In this document: positions 1 through 12,248 of the stretch, in pieces
Numbering within the stretch: position 1 is the stretch's first letter
Layout: every line of letters starts with the position of its first letter
DNA from: Perkinsus chesapeaki ATCC PRA-425
Lineage: Eukaryota; Protista; Perkinsozoa
Direction of reading: 5' to 3'
Length of the DNA: 56,893 nucleotides
NCBI GenBank assembly: GCA_013115145.1
Contig: JAAPAO010000182.1
Span: forward strand, 1-56,893
Program-made: the position numbers and the translations under genes
The notes under the pieces: generated by a model
What the model saw: only the letters and a program-made list of their open reading frames with translations
Told to the model about the DNA's origin: nothing
Databases searched by the model: none

Positions 1-236
1 GGCGTCCCGTCAGCAGTGACCGCAACAACGTCCGATCTCGCAGCTGAATAGAGGCCTAGGGAGTGACTTGCGAATCGCAAGTTGCGATCGTAGTGGGGTG
101 ACTCCACTGGGGTCCTACCAAGCCAAGGGTTGACCGCACAATTGACGGTGCCGATGAGAAATTGTACTAGAAACGCTTGAGAGCGGTGCCTTTATGAAGC
201 TGTTGAGAAGGGGCCTGTGAAAAACTTCAATTCAAT

Positions 237-896
237 TCAAGGTTTATGCCGGCCATTACGGACCAGAGGCCAATCGCCCATACTCTTACTAATGCCACTA
301 ACAAATACGACAAAAAGTGACCCTGGCCACGGCTTACCCGACTACGGCTAAATGTAGACTCAAGTATGGTACAGGAGAAACTTTCTCCGACTCGGAGACT
401 CCGAGAAAGTAACCGAGTAGAGGACAATCAACGTCGATGAGTGATCACACACAGCCTCTTCACCAGCGTGCAAACAGCCCATGGTCATCGACACTTGAAG
501 AACGGACGTCAAGGACTTAAACAGATCAAGTTGAACACACACAGGGGATTATGTTACTCGAAGGTACCTGCGAGTACTAAGGGAACTGGAATATCTTACT
601 TTGTAGCATCTGATGACGTGGGTCACCCACGGTGGGTTCAAGAGTAGTCATACACTCCTCGATCCGAGCAAAGTCATCCGCCATGACATGACCCTCTCAG
701 AAGGATTTATAACGCATAGTACAGCAATGACGAACCCGAGGTGAGAACCTCTCCCTCGGCGGGGAAGCACATGAGCTATGGGCCACGCTCTGTCGCACTC
801 GTTGAGTGGATGTAAGAGCTTCGCTCTTAGAGCAGTGGCAGCTCGATCCCAGTTTTGATCTGGTTGGAATTCACCATCCAGTAACCCCCATGCCAA
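237..896 (-). CDS. Possible spliced hypothetical gene, 5' end unresolved
   Basis: Protein-like segments (WDRAATALRAKLLHP, VMADDFARIEECMTTL, IDVDCPLLGYFLGVSE) can be joined by GT-AG-like introns. No family recognised; a decayed TE ORF is also possible. Confidence 0.25.
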
Positions 897-1298
897 AAAA
901 CTTGATGGTGAGTTGGTTGTAACTCAGCGAAATTGAAGGATTCCGAACAGCGCAGAAAATTTAGCACTCGCCCAATATTGCGCGCGGAAGTCGTGTTCGT
1001 TCGAACGGGTGATTACAGTGTCCCGAGATGTTTCACTAAACTGTCAGCTTACGATGTAGGGTTCAGTGAAAGCTCATGCAAGGAAGACGACAGCCGCAAT
1101 GAGCTAGAACCCAAGTATATCCTGACAGGCTTTTGAGTGACTAGTTCGCAAAACCGGTTTACATGAAATGTTGCTAAGCCGCGACCGGGCCGTTCGGGGA
1201 GAAATGAAAATAAAGTAGAGCTTTAGTTCTGAAGCCGCGGACGGCGATATCAAACACGCTCTCAGATAACACTGCTGTCGTGGAAGTCCTCGTATGGC

Positions 1299-1804
1299 TC
1301 AAGGAAGGAATATGCAAATTCCACCGACCGGCACTGGCTTTTGGTAGCATTGGCCTGGTGGAACGCAATGCTGAGAATGAAGACAAGTCTATTGCCACAA
1401 GTGAGTGTCGTACGCTATTATTCCTCTGACAGCCCATCCAACAAAAGCCATCAACGCATTTCTTAGAAGGGTCTACTCCTCTAATCGGAGGTGGGTCGGG
1501 ACATTCATCTGCCGTATTGCATCTCCTAGTACAGGCAATGTAAAGGAGTCGCTGGTTGGTATCCTAAAAATTAATGTCCATGTAGAGCACTTAGAACCAT
1601 CCGTTTACCAGCGCGAACGCCGCGTCTGGCGTGTTGCAAGAGCAATTCTCTACAAATCCGCTGTTTGCATTGTACACGCAGTCCCCAATCGGCTTCTCGT
1701 AGGAGTCACCTGATATCTACGTGGCCACTTGCTAAGTACCATCACACGTTACCTGTAGCAAGGTGGCGGATAGCAGGGTACCTAGGGGACCAAAAAGCGA
1801 TCAT
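1299..1804 (-). CDS. Small secreted cysteine-rich protein (4 exons; possible 1-nt frameshift in the signal exon)
   Basis: Manual splicing gives ...GDSYEKPIGDCVYNANSGFVENCSCNTPDAAFAL|DTNQRLLYIACTRRCNTADECPDPPPIRGVDPSKKCVDGFCWMGCQRNNS|HCVPPGQCYQKPVPVGGICIFLP*. Introns are GTAA/GTAC..AG. Confidence 0.55.
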
Positions 1805-3588
1805 TTAGTGGCTACTGTGACTTGAGCGATGCCTAATCTACCGTTACCAAATGCCCTGTGGCAGGGTCTATAGTATGAATACTCGCATGATACAATTTGT
1901 ACGAGACAACTTGGATCACGAGAAATGAGCATTGTCATGGAAGCAGAAGCCAAGAGCATTGGAAAGTACCCCGGCGGAACCCACGATGGTCGCAGACATA
2001 TCTTACGGATGCCCAGTCTTCATGTGTTGGAGGGTGACCTTCTCCATGGCGGAAGGAATGCACTGGAGGGCTAGCAGTAGGGCTACGCGATACATGATGA
2101 TAAAGGTTCAGCCTTCAAGGTTGGAAATCGTATCTAACAACTGCGATGAGGCGGCTTCTTCTAGGCACTTTCTTGATATCCACGTAGGAAGTTCCGCCCA
2201 GGAGTGTTCCCGCGGGAAGTTCCCTTGTTTATTTCGTACATCGGCATTTTTCATACTGGTTAGTTTTGTCTACACTGTCGTACACCGTTTGGCCTGGTTA
2301 AGTGGAACTATCACTATGGAAGTGTACCTGGAGCGAGTTGCAAGATTCAACCTTGTAAATAAAGCCGACCCAAGGGTAGGATACGTCGGTCGACTCCCAT
2401 GAATATGTATACGTGCGGGTATGAATGCTGGTAAACACACGATTCAACTCAGATCACGAATTTTCTCATCTCGGTTTCGCGTGTGCCAGACGGCCACTAG
2501 GCGATGGTCTAAAAAATGGAATATGCCCTCAAGACGGTGTTCAATAGCCACAAATGCGCACGAGTTTACCAGCGGCCAAAATGTTGCTGAGAAAAGATCG
2601 AGGAACGCAGCGTTAGGTTGAATGTAGCTACAGGGCCAGCGTTCCGAACGCTGGCCCTGTGCTGCAAAGGCCCAACGCTGGGACTTCGTAACGCGTGTGA
2701 ATTCATCGGTAAACGGGTACCATTCGTAAGCTCTCTATTCGCACTGTACTTCGAGCAATGCTCAAACGAAAAACTCTCTGCATAGGGAAATGTGCTATCG
2801 GATTTGGATTTTTGCTTTTTTCTCGCGGGAATAAACATGAATTGGCGGTCCAGAATTGAGTGGCCCACTAGTAGAGAATACTAGTGGCCCATGAATTGAG
2901 TGGGCCACTAGTAGTGGCCATTCTCAGCGCAGTCTTTCCCGAGTTCATGGAACGCCGAGTTCACCGTGGCATCACGCGCCATCGATGCTTAATGGGCTAC
3001 CAACCCAAGTTTGATCTCCCATCCTTATGTGGGATGATCTATCTCGCATTTCGATCTTCAGTACACATATCTGAATATCACAGGGATGCTCGAACTTGGG
3101 CTCCGTAACGAGCTAGAGTCAACCTCGACGACGACTAAATCGCTAGGAATGGTAAGTGGCTATCACTCTGATTCACTTTCGCAGGTAACGAATTTACAGT
3201 ATGGCGATTGAATCCACCAGAACTACGCTTTCGCGCAAGTTGCCGAGACTGCCAAGAGCAGCCTGTGGTGCCGCTGTGCACCAACTTCTGAACTTCTTCT
3301 AACTTCTGAATATAAGAGTGCGCGTGTTCGGATATTCGGTTGCGGTGTTTCGGATCTTCTACGTGATCGAGTCGGATATTTGAATGCGGGTCGGATAATT
3401 TAATGTTTTCCCGGATATTTGATGCGCGCCAATCGGATATAAGAGTGCGCGAGTCGGAAACATGACCGGGAAATGCTGTAGTTGAGACCAAGGAATTCAG
3501 GAAGCCGATCGGTTTGTTATTCCACAAAATCATGCTGCGAACACAACACCTGTCGATGTAGAGCACATTGATCATCTCAGCTGCTAGC

Positions 3589-4913
3589 TCATGTGTTCGT
3601 GGCATTTTCTGCCCCCGATAGTGCAGCAATATCCTTTAGGTGTCGCTCAATGTCATTCTGTAGTTGTAGGAGCTCATTCTGCTGCGCTGAGGAACAGAAA
3701 ATATCGACAACTGAGCCCCCACTATCAGCGTGCCAAGTCACTGTCTAGAAGGCACAGCCGATACTTACCGGTCATGCGCTTCAGACGATTACGGGATGCC
3801 TGTGAACCAGCCGGAGGCACGGGGAGCTTAGATTCGGCTTCAACTTCCCTGGCGAGATCAAAGCTCCTTCCCTGCTTTACGCGGACTTCTGTGAGAAGTT
3901 CATCGAGCTGAAATCAGATTCAATACTCCACGTTTGGGTTTTACCCGAACGAAACACCCGGACTCTCACCATTTCTTTGCGCTCCTGATCTTCGCAGCTG
4001 CGTTCTTCTTTCCCGTGGTGAAGGCACCGTTTATCTGAGGCACGGCATGAGCAACCCGGGCGGAGCTATTCGGCAGGCGAAATTAGACTAACCTCTCCTA
4101 TTCGTCCCTGCAGAGAGGGTCGTATCGACTTTCGGCAGCCCTAAGTAGCCGCCACCGAATTGATTAAGTTCTGCGAGGTGATCTTTCTCGGCTTCAAGAT
4201 CTCTGCCAGGCGCCAGGTTCAGCCCTAGAGGCCTGTAGTAGATTCGTCATTGCTTAATGCAGGCCGGCACCGACTCAGATTTTTTCAGCTCTTCTTCGAT
4301 CTGCTTTTTAGTCTTAACGCCTCTTCTGCAGTGGAGGGTACTCAGTCCGCCATTTCGCCGTCCACCAACACGGGGAACCAGGACTCGTACCTGCCAGGCT
4401 GGCTGGCGCGTTTAATGCATGGAGACGAGGGGTTTCTTATCTGATCATAGTCGGGAAGCTGACAAGAGTGCTATCACTATCATAGTAATATACAGTCACA
4501 TACATAATGTATAGGTCACCTATAATAGGTGCAAGCGTTACGGTGTATGTAATTTACATAATGTGAAAATAACACCTTAATCACACCATCCGACCGCATT
4601 GCTCGAGTCCCGGACTCTTGAGACATCTTTAACTATTGCTTTCGTACCCGAGATTTAGGCACAGCCTTTGGCTTTGATGCTAACTGAGGCGACTCTCTGA
4701 CTGCTCGGATTGATGGGTACTTTAAGGATTGATATGCGTTGTATTGGGCTGCCGAACCTTAACAACAAGGCTTGTTGTCGCACAAGAACTAAAGAGATGG
4801 TTACTGTACAGCGCGCGGAGGTGCTTTCCGGCTTCCGTATTCGTACCAAAGTCCTTCCAAAGCCGCAAACAAGGGTCGGGCGGCGCGTAGTCAGGCGTAC
4901 GATTTCCAACCAT
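3589..4913 (-). CDS. Multi-exon coiled-coil hypothetical protein, weakly reminiscent of UPF0193/EVG1-type proteins
   Basis: N-terminal LWKDFGTNTEAGKHLRALY and SLKYPSIR. Later exons read KEM|LDELLTEVRVKQ...RLKRMT|AQQNELLQLQNDIERHLKDIAAL, joined by canonical introns. The family assignment is from remembered motifs only. Confidence 0.5.
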
Positions 4914-5223
4914 GAGTGAAAAAAGTCTGTCTATCAGACATCAGTGGGTCGCTCAATTGTCCGAGTCCGAATCTCAGTATTGATGTACACGCAAAATAGG
5001 GCTATGGACGAATGATGAGTTTGGGAATTCCCCCCCCTAGGAACTTCCCAGTGGGAAGGGGAAGCGCCAGTCTGAAACTACGTGTCCGGATTGAGGCTCG
5101 TAGTGTTCGTGTATGGGAACTTTGTTGAATCTCTTGCTTCCAATAGGGAAATGCACATCATGTTCTACCGTGTTTTCTGCGCTACTTGTATATCTTAATG
5201 TAATCTTCTACTGGTTAACTATT

Positions 5224-5805
5224 ATGGTTAACAGTCGCTCCCGTCGCAACAGCTCATCAATATCGTCCCCGGCTTCTCCTCCAGACGCCCCTGTCGACTC
5301 GAGTATACCCACGCCCCCTACAACCACTAGCAACGAAGCCGAGAATACTCAACCACAAGACCAAACTCCTCCACACAAAGTGGCGAAGCCCGTGTACCTG
5401 CGCCCCCTTCGCAAGAAACCAGCGTGTCCACCCAAGACAACACCACGTTGATACTACCAGTTGCCCCCGAGAACGCCCCCCCCCACGCACCCGGTCGACT
5501 CTGCAACAGCCCTGTCTGCACCACCCAATTTACCCGAAGACCTTCTCCACCTCTGTGCTGGTTTGGATCCTATAGCATCCGGAACCGCCTTAGCCGTCCT
5601 ACCTAACGTAGGGATCGCGAATCCCGAGGCTCTAGGCTCCATCAGCGGCAACGAAACCATCAAGGATGCGCTGGCTCGTGATTTGGATCTCTACAATCTT
5701 TCGGATGATACGCACGTAGAGGATGCAATCATTTCATCCAGTTGCGTTTCTAATATGGGTGTATTACGTGCCGTGTTGAAAGTCATTCGACACAATACGA
5801 TATAG
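5224..5805 (+). pseudogene. Intronless, frameshifted Pro-rich ORF pair, possibly TE-derived
   Basis: MVNSRSRR... Pro/Thr-rich ORF changes frame near C-runs at about 5440-5480 into ...LPNVGIANPEALGSISG.... No introns seen; no diagnostic domain. Confidence 0.25.
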
Positions 5806-6680
5806 CGCGTGACGCTTCGGTTCACGTGAACTATACGCAAATGATTTTGATCGAGGATAGTTCTCATATTTGCAATGAAACCGAATAATTCGTATTCTCA
5901 GATGTCTGACTCATCATTAAGTGGTGTGGCAACATGAAATTTAGAAATTTAGAGTACGATGAGAATCAGAAACATGACATTTTATCGATCAACCGTCTTA
6001 GTATTACTTATGCAGCGTGTTTTGGAGTTATCTTACGGATTAAATCAAATCGAACTTGAATCGCAAACCGCTCCGTCAGAAAGAATAAATTCTATCAGTT
6101 CCTATCCCACATCATCAGCCGCTCGGGTATATTTCAGCGATTCAGAAATCTTCATAGGCCTTGTTCCCTCCAACTTGGTAGCTCACTCTATTAAGCGGCA
6201 CTGTATTGGTTGAGCCACTTGAGATATGAATTGAATGACTATAGAAACCCGAGGCCGTCAAGCTGTTGAAGAAAAGAAGTTACTAAAAGAGTAGTCGGAC
6301 TAGCCATAAGGGGTCTGTCTACAGTCCCAGTATGGACCAACCTGCCGATTCACGGTCACAGTTTAGCCTGAATAAACCACGCGTGCGCTCCAGCAGCACT
6401 GTGCTGCTGTGCTGCCAGCACACACACATGAAGTGCAGAAAATAGAAGAACTGAGTGATACCTGGATTGTTTACTAACGAGCCCGCGCTGCTCATCCAAG
6501 CAGCTCCTCACTGAAGGGTACCGACAAAGAATCACGGCCATGGCTCGGCCCGAGCATATCTAATGTGTGTTAAAGTTACACACGCTCTATCGAGCACACC
6601 GAGTGCGAGTAGACTCTACTCGGTAGAAATAAGACCATATACAGTAATGAGACTCAAGGCTTGACCACCAATTACGGTTA

Positions 6681-7064
6681 CTAACGAATCAGCTTCCTCA
6701 TGAGCACAGTCTGGTTGGCAAAGCGTGAAGTGACGGTATTTTTCTCACTATTGTATCTGAATTCATACAGACTTTTATGTGCATCAACTCGGCACCGGGC
6801 GCTGACAGTCTGGGTGAAAGTCGTGTAATTCTGATAACTGACGGGGTCGATAGTATAGGGATAAGTCCAATGCATTCGCAGGCGTGGTGAGTAAAGTGCT
6901 CCAGCAATACAGTGAACGGTTTCCAAAATCTCATAAGGCTCTGCCCCAAACCACTCAGTTTCAACACCGATACCGCCGACAGTCCCGAAATATCTGCCCT
7001 TCAAGGTGGCACCCAAACAAGAGCTACTGACCGAGAGTAGGAGGGCTAATAGGATAACTAACAT
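6681..7064 (-). CDS. Single-exon secreted protein, 127 aa
   Basis: Clear signal peptide MLVILLALLLSVSSSCLG followed by TLKGRYFGTVGG; intact ORF with N-glycosylation sequons NYT and NQT. Confidence 0.7.
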   Translation of the reverse strand: MLVILLALLLSVSSSCLGATLKGRYFGTVGGIGVETEWFGAEPYEILETVHCIAGALYSPRLRMHWTYPYTIDPVSYQNYTTFTQTVSARCRVDAHKSLYEFRYNSEKNTVTSRFANQTVLMRKLIR

Positions 7065-7655
7065 TATGATAACAACTTACAATTCGCAACAATTATTTTA
7101 ACAATGGCGACCAACTAGGGTGGATCACCAAACTTATAGTGAAGTATAGCTGATGGCAATACCAAATCTAGTAGATTTAATCTACCAGCACTTCAATCTC
7201 GTGATGCATTCGCAAAACTAAATGAGAGACCGCAACGAACATCGGCAACAAAGCGTGGAGCGTCACAGGTGACCTGACCATGTCACCAGGCCACACTGTC
7301 TTTCTGTTCTTCCCCATGGCCCTGGTCAGACGTGCCTAGTTTAAAGCTGGAACTGGTTTGATTAGGGCAAATGGCGTAGCCCAAGAAGTGTTTATTTGGC
7401 ATTATACGTAACGTATGTACCAGAATCTATTGGCATAATCGAAAGTATACAACACTTTGCATATTTGAAATGAGCGTTCACCGCTCACCGGTGGCTCACA
7501 TGAGTCATGTGACATGATGTAGAGCGTCTCTACTAGAGACAGCGGAATAATGGTGGCACTCTAGCGACTCAATACAATCGGATGCAATGATAGGAGACTT
7601 GAAATTGTAACGGTGTTAGAGCTACCATCAAAGGTTAACCATTTAAGTTACCAAT

Positions 7656-8636
7656 CTAAGTGGTGCCTCTCGAGGTGTTGTTGACGGGCCGAAGAAATGA
7701 CGTCCGAACTAGCTGTACCTTCAAGTCTCGCGGTACAGGCTTCAGCACGGAGTCGATGAAGTGAGTGTTCTGGTCAAAACATTGGCACACACCTGTATCA
7801 GAAACTGTGGTACACTTATGGTCAGTGCTGAGATGAAGAGTGCGAATATCTCTAAGCTGGTCGATGTACTGGTCTATGTTGGCGGCACCAGGAAAGGTAA
7901 GCTTAGCCACACGCTTCTTCACCTCATTACGGACCGCTTGAGCAGAGCAGAACTTGTCCAGGAGGATGTCCTTCAGTGAAGCCCAGTTATGACCGACTGT
8001 TGGTGAGTCGATGTGTCTAGCGGCTTCGTTGACGATGGTAGAGAGAGGTGATAATGTCTCTAAAAACTTCTCTATGACAGGAACTTTGATAGAATCATAT
8101 GGACAAAAACGTCCATCCTCATCTTTCTCTCCGAAGTTGGCTGCCGAAGACAAAGCTTCCATCCTTCGATAATGTATTGCAAGCAGTGATACATCATTGA
8201 GAGTTCGTGATGAGACTGAAACCTCTCTCACATCACTCATTTTTGTAGGAGTGGAAGTCGATGGACCATTCGATGTTGCTTTTGCCAGAGCATCGGCAAA
8301 AACAGTAGCCAAAGAAGTGACAGAGTCATTATAGGCAACCAGTGATAGATCAGTAGGAGCTTGAGGGTTAGCTCGATGAGATGAGTCGCTAAGTAGACAA
8401 TCAATCTTCGAGGAACATGTACCAATGACATCTCGATAATGTGCAATCTCAGTCTCCAGTGTACTCTCGCGTTCTTGAAGCTCTACGAAACGCTCGGTGT
8501 CGTCCTCGTCGTAGGCCTTGTCCAGTGCAGTGCGGACTTCGGCAAGTTCGTGAACCTTCTTAGTCCTTTGAGTTCGGCAAGTGCCGCGACCCTTCAGCCC
8601 TGCAAGACCAGTTGAGACTGGCTTTACTTTAGTTAT
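7656..8636 (-). mobile_element. LTR-retrotransposon gag-like ORF, truncated, no pol seen
   Basis: 981-nt stop-free intronless frame beginning with ATA. Contains WASLKDILLDKF...KLTF...IDQYIDQL, the W..LK..L..KF / EY..RF pattern of retrotransposon gag cores. Confidence 0.6.
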
Positions 8637-10482
8637 TCACGCCTTCAGTTCGAGGTGAAAGGGCCGAGCATACACAAGGTGAATTTGATATGCGCAATAA
8701 TTAGTGGCCATTTTGGTCCACATTTCTCCTTAGGCTGTCCCCGTAGGATGTCCCCATACTTCATGCACTTGCAGGAGCTTTTCAGTCGGCACGCATGTCC
8801 ATATCAACTAGTAAACATGTTTGTTATTGGTATAATATAACAGGGTTTCAGCTGGGCGTGTCTCACGCGCGCCGCCAGGCGCGTGTTGTGGGTGCATGCA
8901 ACGCAGTGTGTCGCACGTTTCAACGTGTGTTGAACACACGTGTGTGATACACACGGTGTATACCGCCCACCAATGCCCCATCACCATGGTACACAGACTG
9001 CATAACACAGTCGTATAATACGACTCCTATTCAGGGCTTGAATTTAGACCCCGTCTCTACGGACGGTACCCCGTCTCTGGCTGAAGAAAAAACAATGTTC
9101 GTGACCTTAGCCGGTCCCATACAAGCTGTTACCACTAATAATTTCTCGCATGAGCTAAGCTCATTGAGCTTGCCCGTTTCTCAAATTGGTGCGTTTACTT
9201 AGTTAACAGTTTAGTGAACTACTCGCTGAAACAGCGGTGCAATTGGTGGTCGGATTCCGAAGGTGAATAGATGAATATTTGGATTCTGAAGTCCAGCTTT
9301 GCCTCCCCAGATAAGCAAATTGCAAACCATCAGCGAAAACGTTCCCCTACGGAGAAATCAGCACTTGCAGTGGATCACACAGTACGCGTCATTTAGAACG
9401 CGCGCTTCTTGACAATCGATTTATATCTTAAGTATCGCGAGTTTTCACTTAATTCCTTCGCTATATACATTAGAAATGTCTCTTACGGTAAGACTCTTAC
9501 CGTGGTATCCAAGTTGCCGAATCTGAACACCCAAAACACTTTTCACTACCTTTAAACATATATACACGTACGTTATATCTGACGTTACACCAGTTGAAAC
9601 ATATATACACTCACCCCTGGCATCTCGAGCTCAGCTGGGCTGAGCTGCTCAGCTCAAACCTCGAGCTATTGCACACTGTCAAAGGTATCTTCATCCCGTT
9701 CGTTACATAATGTTCAAGTAGGATTTACAAGCGACTCAACACTATTAAGCTGGAAAAGATTTTTCGTTCATTTTCAGCTCGGTATCGAGGCAACCATGCA
9801 AACTCGACTATGCCGAGTCAAACAAATTGTACACGGCCGCCGCCAGCGCGGCGACTCGTATGAATTCGAATCTCTCAAACTTCTATTGTCAGATTACAAC
9901 GGTCGGTCTGATGGGGTGCATTCGACGGCAACCGACGAAGCAGCGATTTCCCTGGGACACGCGGTGGGGGGTGCTTCTCCGGCACGGGGAAAGTCGGGGG
10001 GTCTCGACCAGCGGGATGGCACGTCCGGTGGCGTTTAAGTAATGGCCCTTGACGTGGTGGACAAGGCCTGCATGAAAGCTCCCTCATATCTGCCAACTGT
10101 GATTGCCTACATGCTATGAATGCTGGAGGGAGTCAAAGGCCGCCTATCTGTTGCTGGAGAATGCCGAGGCCGCTTGAGAGGGAATCTTTTTGGCTCCACC
10201 TTTAGCCTGAAACGAAGTGCAGTCTCGAGCGGGAACATGACCAGAATGACCGCACAGTGTGCGATGAACATAGCTTGGGAGTGGCGTCGCTAGTCGTTTC
10301 TGCGGCAGAAAAACTGCTCCAATGACACCAAGGCTATTCGACCTCTCCTCGATGGTTATACACAATAGCTCAATGGAGCTATCATGCAAGATTCAACATT
10401 GGTTACCACAACCGAGAAACCGATCAAATCCATAATACCCGAGACACAATTGACGCTCTATTTCCCTATGATTGCAAAACGT

Positions 10483-11838
10483 TCATACTCGGGCCATCGT
10501 GAAGAATTCGGCGGACCTCTTAGCTTGGGGCTCCGAGTCTTCCGAAGGTGATGCGCTGCCGGAGGATTGGCTGCCGACACTTCTCTCGCTCGAATCCACC
10601 GACATACTCGTGGTTGAGCTCGCTTCGTCGCCGCCTTCCGCAGCCATATCGGAGAGGAGTCCTGAAGCAGAGCATTGCGATCAACCAGCGGCAGCGCTAG
10701 CGCTACCTGCAAAAGGATCTTCGCCCTTGAGCCAGGAGAGCTCCATGTGCATCTTCACGACAGTCCTCGGTGTCAACAGACCAGCCTCGCTTTTAACATA
10801 CACCAGCTGCCTAAGAACTTCGAGCAGCCTCTCGGAAAGATCCTCATTCACGGTAGAATCTATCTCGCTTCCGGCAGCTCTCACTACTAGCCGAGCCACC
10901 ACAGCGCAGGCCATCCGACCGCCGGCCCGGACTGCATCCACATCATCGTTGTTGCTAAAGTGTTCACTGTACAAATCTTCAAACCTCTTTCGCAGCCTTT
11001 CGTAATAACAACTTAGATCAACATCATCACAGGCCAACAGTGTCGCCGATTCCACCAACAAGTGGCCAGGGGATCTCTCACACAGCACAATGTCAGTCAG
11101 AGGCCTCACGCACTCCCCGAGGCCCGCGCCACTCTCGCGTAGTTCCCGAAGAACATTCAGGGCCACACCGACTCTGCCCGTGTAAAGGCTGGCTGGCAAC
11201 CGCGCAATCACCGCGCTGGCTTGGCGAGCGGTCGGCGGCGCCGCCAACTTCCCAGCCATTCCAGCTAGTAGGGAGACGCCGTGAGTTCTGAAGCCGACAT
11301 CAGTCATACGGGAGCCGGCAACAAGGTCGAGGATTCTGGAGACCAAATCTTGAGAGAGATTCCCGGATACAACCGGCACGGCGATCAGGAGCAGCGCGAG
11401 AGAAAGGTTGCCTGAGTTAACTTTCCTGCCGCCGCCGGGCAGATGGACATCACCGAGCTCGAGGATGCGGCCCAGGTAAGAGCACTGGCCGGCCTCACTG
11501 GCAGATGAGCGCCCTCTTTGACGCGCCATAAGATCAGCTAGAGTGGAGGATCTTCGGTCGGACTTTATCCCTCCTGTGAGAGCTTTACCGGCAACCGTGT
11601 CGAGCATGCCACAGTCGTTCATAGCATCACAGTTGCTACGAGACAACAAGGCCGAGGCTGCCAGTAGGAGCTGCTCCTCTGTCGAGTCGGGAGGAGCCAG
11701 GGACAGTCGAATGGTCAGGTTGCGGATACCCGCCGGCTTCAAGACTCGGCGCTCTGGTGGGTGCTGGGCTACCGCCTCGACTATGCCGATTTGAGGGTCG
11801 CTGCAAAGGCCTTGGATGAGATCGCTGATAGATTTCAT
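10483..11838 (-). CDS. Hypothetical helical (Leu/Ala-rich) protein with acidic Ser-rich tail
   Basis: 385-aa ORF. An intron (GTAGCG...CTTCAG, about 10660-10703) joins DPFA|GLLSDMAAEGG...FFTMARV*. An upstream exon is possible. Confidence 0.7.
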
Positions 11839-12248
11839 AGTGGTTCTGGTAGTGACTGTGGAGTGCTTCAGGCCAGGGCGAGACTGGCCATGAAATTCAA
11901 GTTGGATCCTAAGTTGATAACATTGAAGTACCGAGTTCGAGGGACGTCTATAGTATTACTTTTCCCACATTAAAAAATTGATAGTGAGTTGTATTCAAAC
12001 ACATAATAATTTTCAGAGTACATCACAGTAAATATGAATTGTAGAGTTATCCAAACGAGAGCTGTACAATCCCTCCCTTCCGTTTCAAAACCCTCCAAAG
12101 GGCGCACTGCACAAACCCTACCCGAGGGACTCCTCTCTATAATTCCCACACTCGATCCTACCACTATTGACTCACTTCCCCAATACGACATATGGCAGTA
12201 AGAAACGGCAATACTACTACGAAGTTGACGTTGGTAAAGGAATCGCTC

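Noticed and set aside
1932-2402. 156-aa plus ORF, and a minus-strand signal-like peptide MYRVALLLALQCIPSAM
   Set aside because: No recognisable domain and no consistent downstream exon could be assembled.
3135-3629. 164-aa minus-strand ORF as an integrase fragment
   Set aside because: No HHCC or DDE motif; much of it is the translation of the CGGA repeat and the 3' flank of the upstream gene.
5959-6213. 84-aa ORF with a weak signal-like N-terminus
   Set aside because: Short, followed by multiple stops, and with no homology or splice support.
9796-10440. hAT transposase remnant suggested by FPWDTRWG
   Set aside because: Single short motif among many stops; no other hAT motifs or TIRs found.
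10472-11005. 177-aa plus-strand ORF
   Set aside because: Antisense shadow of the longer minus-strand gene.
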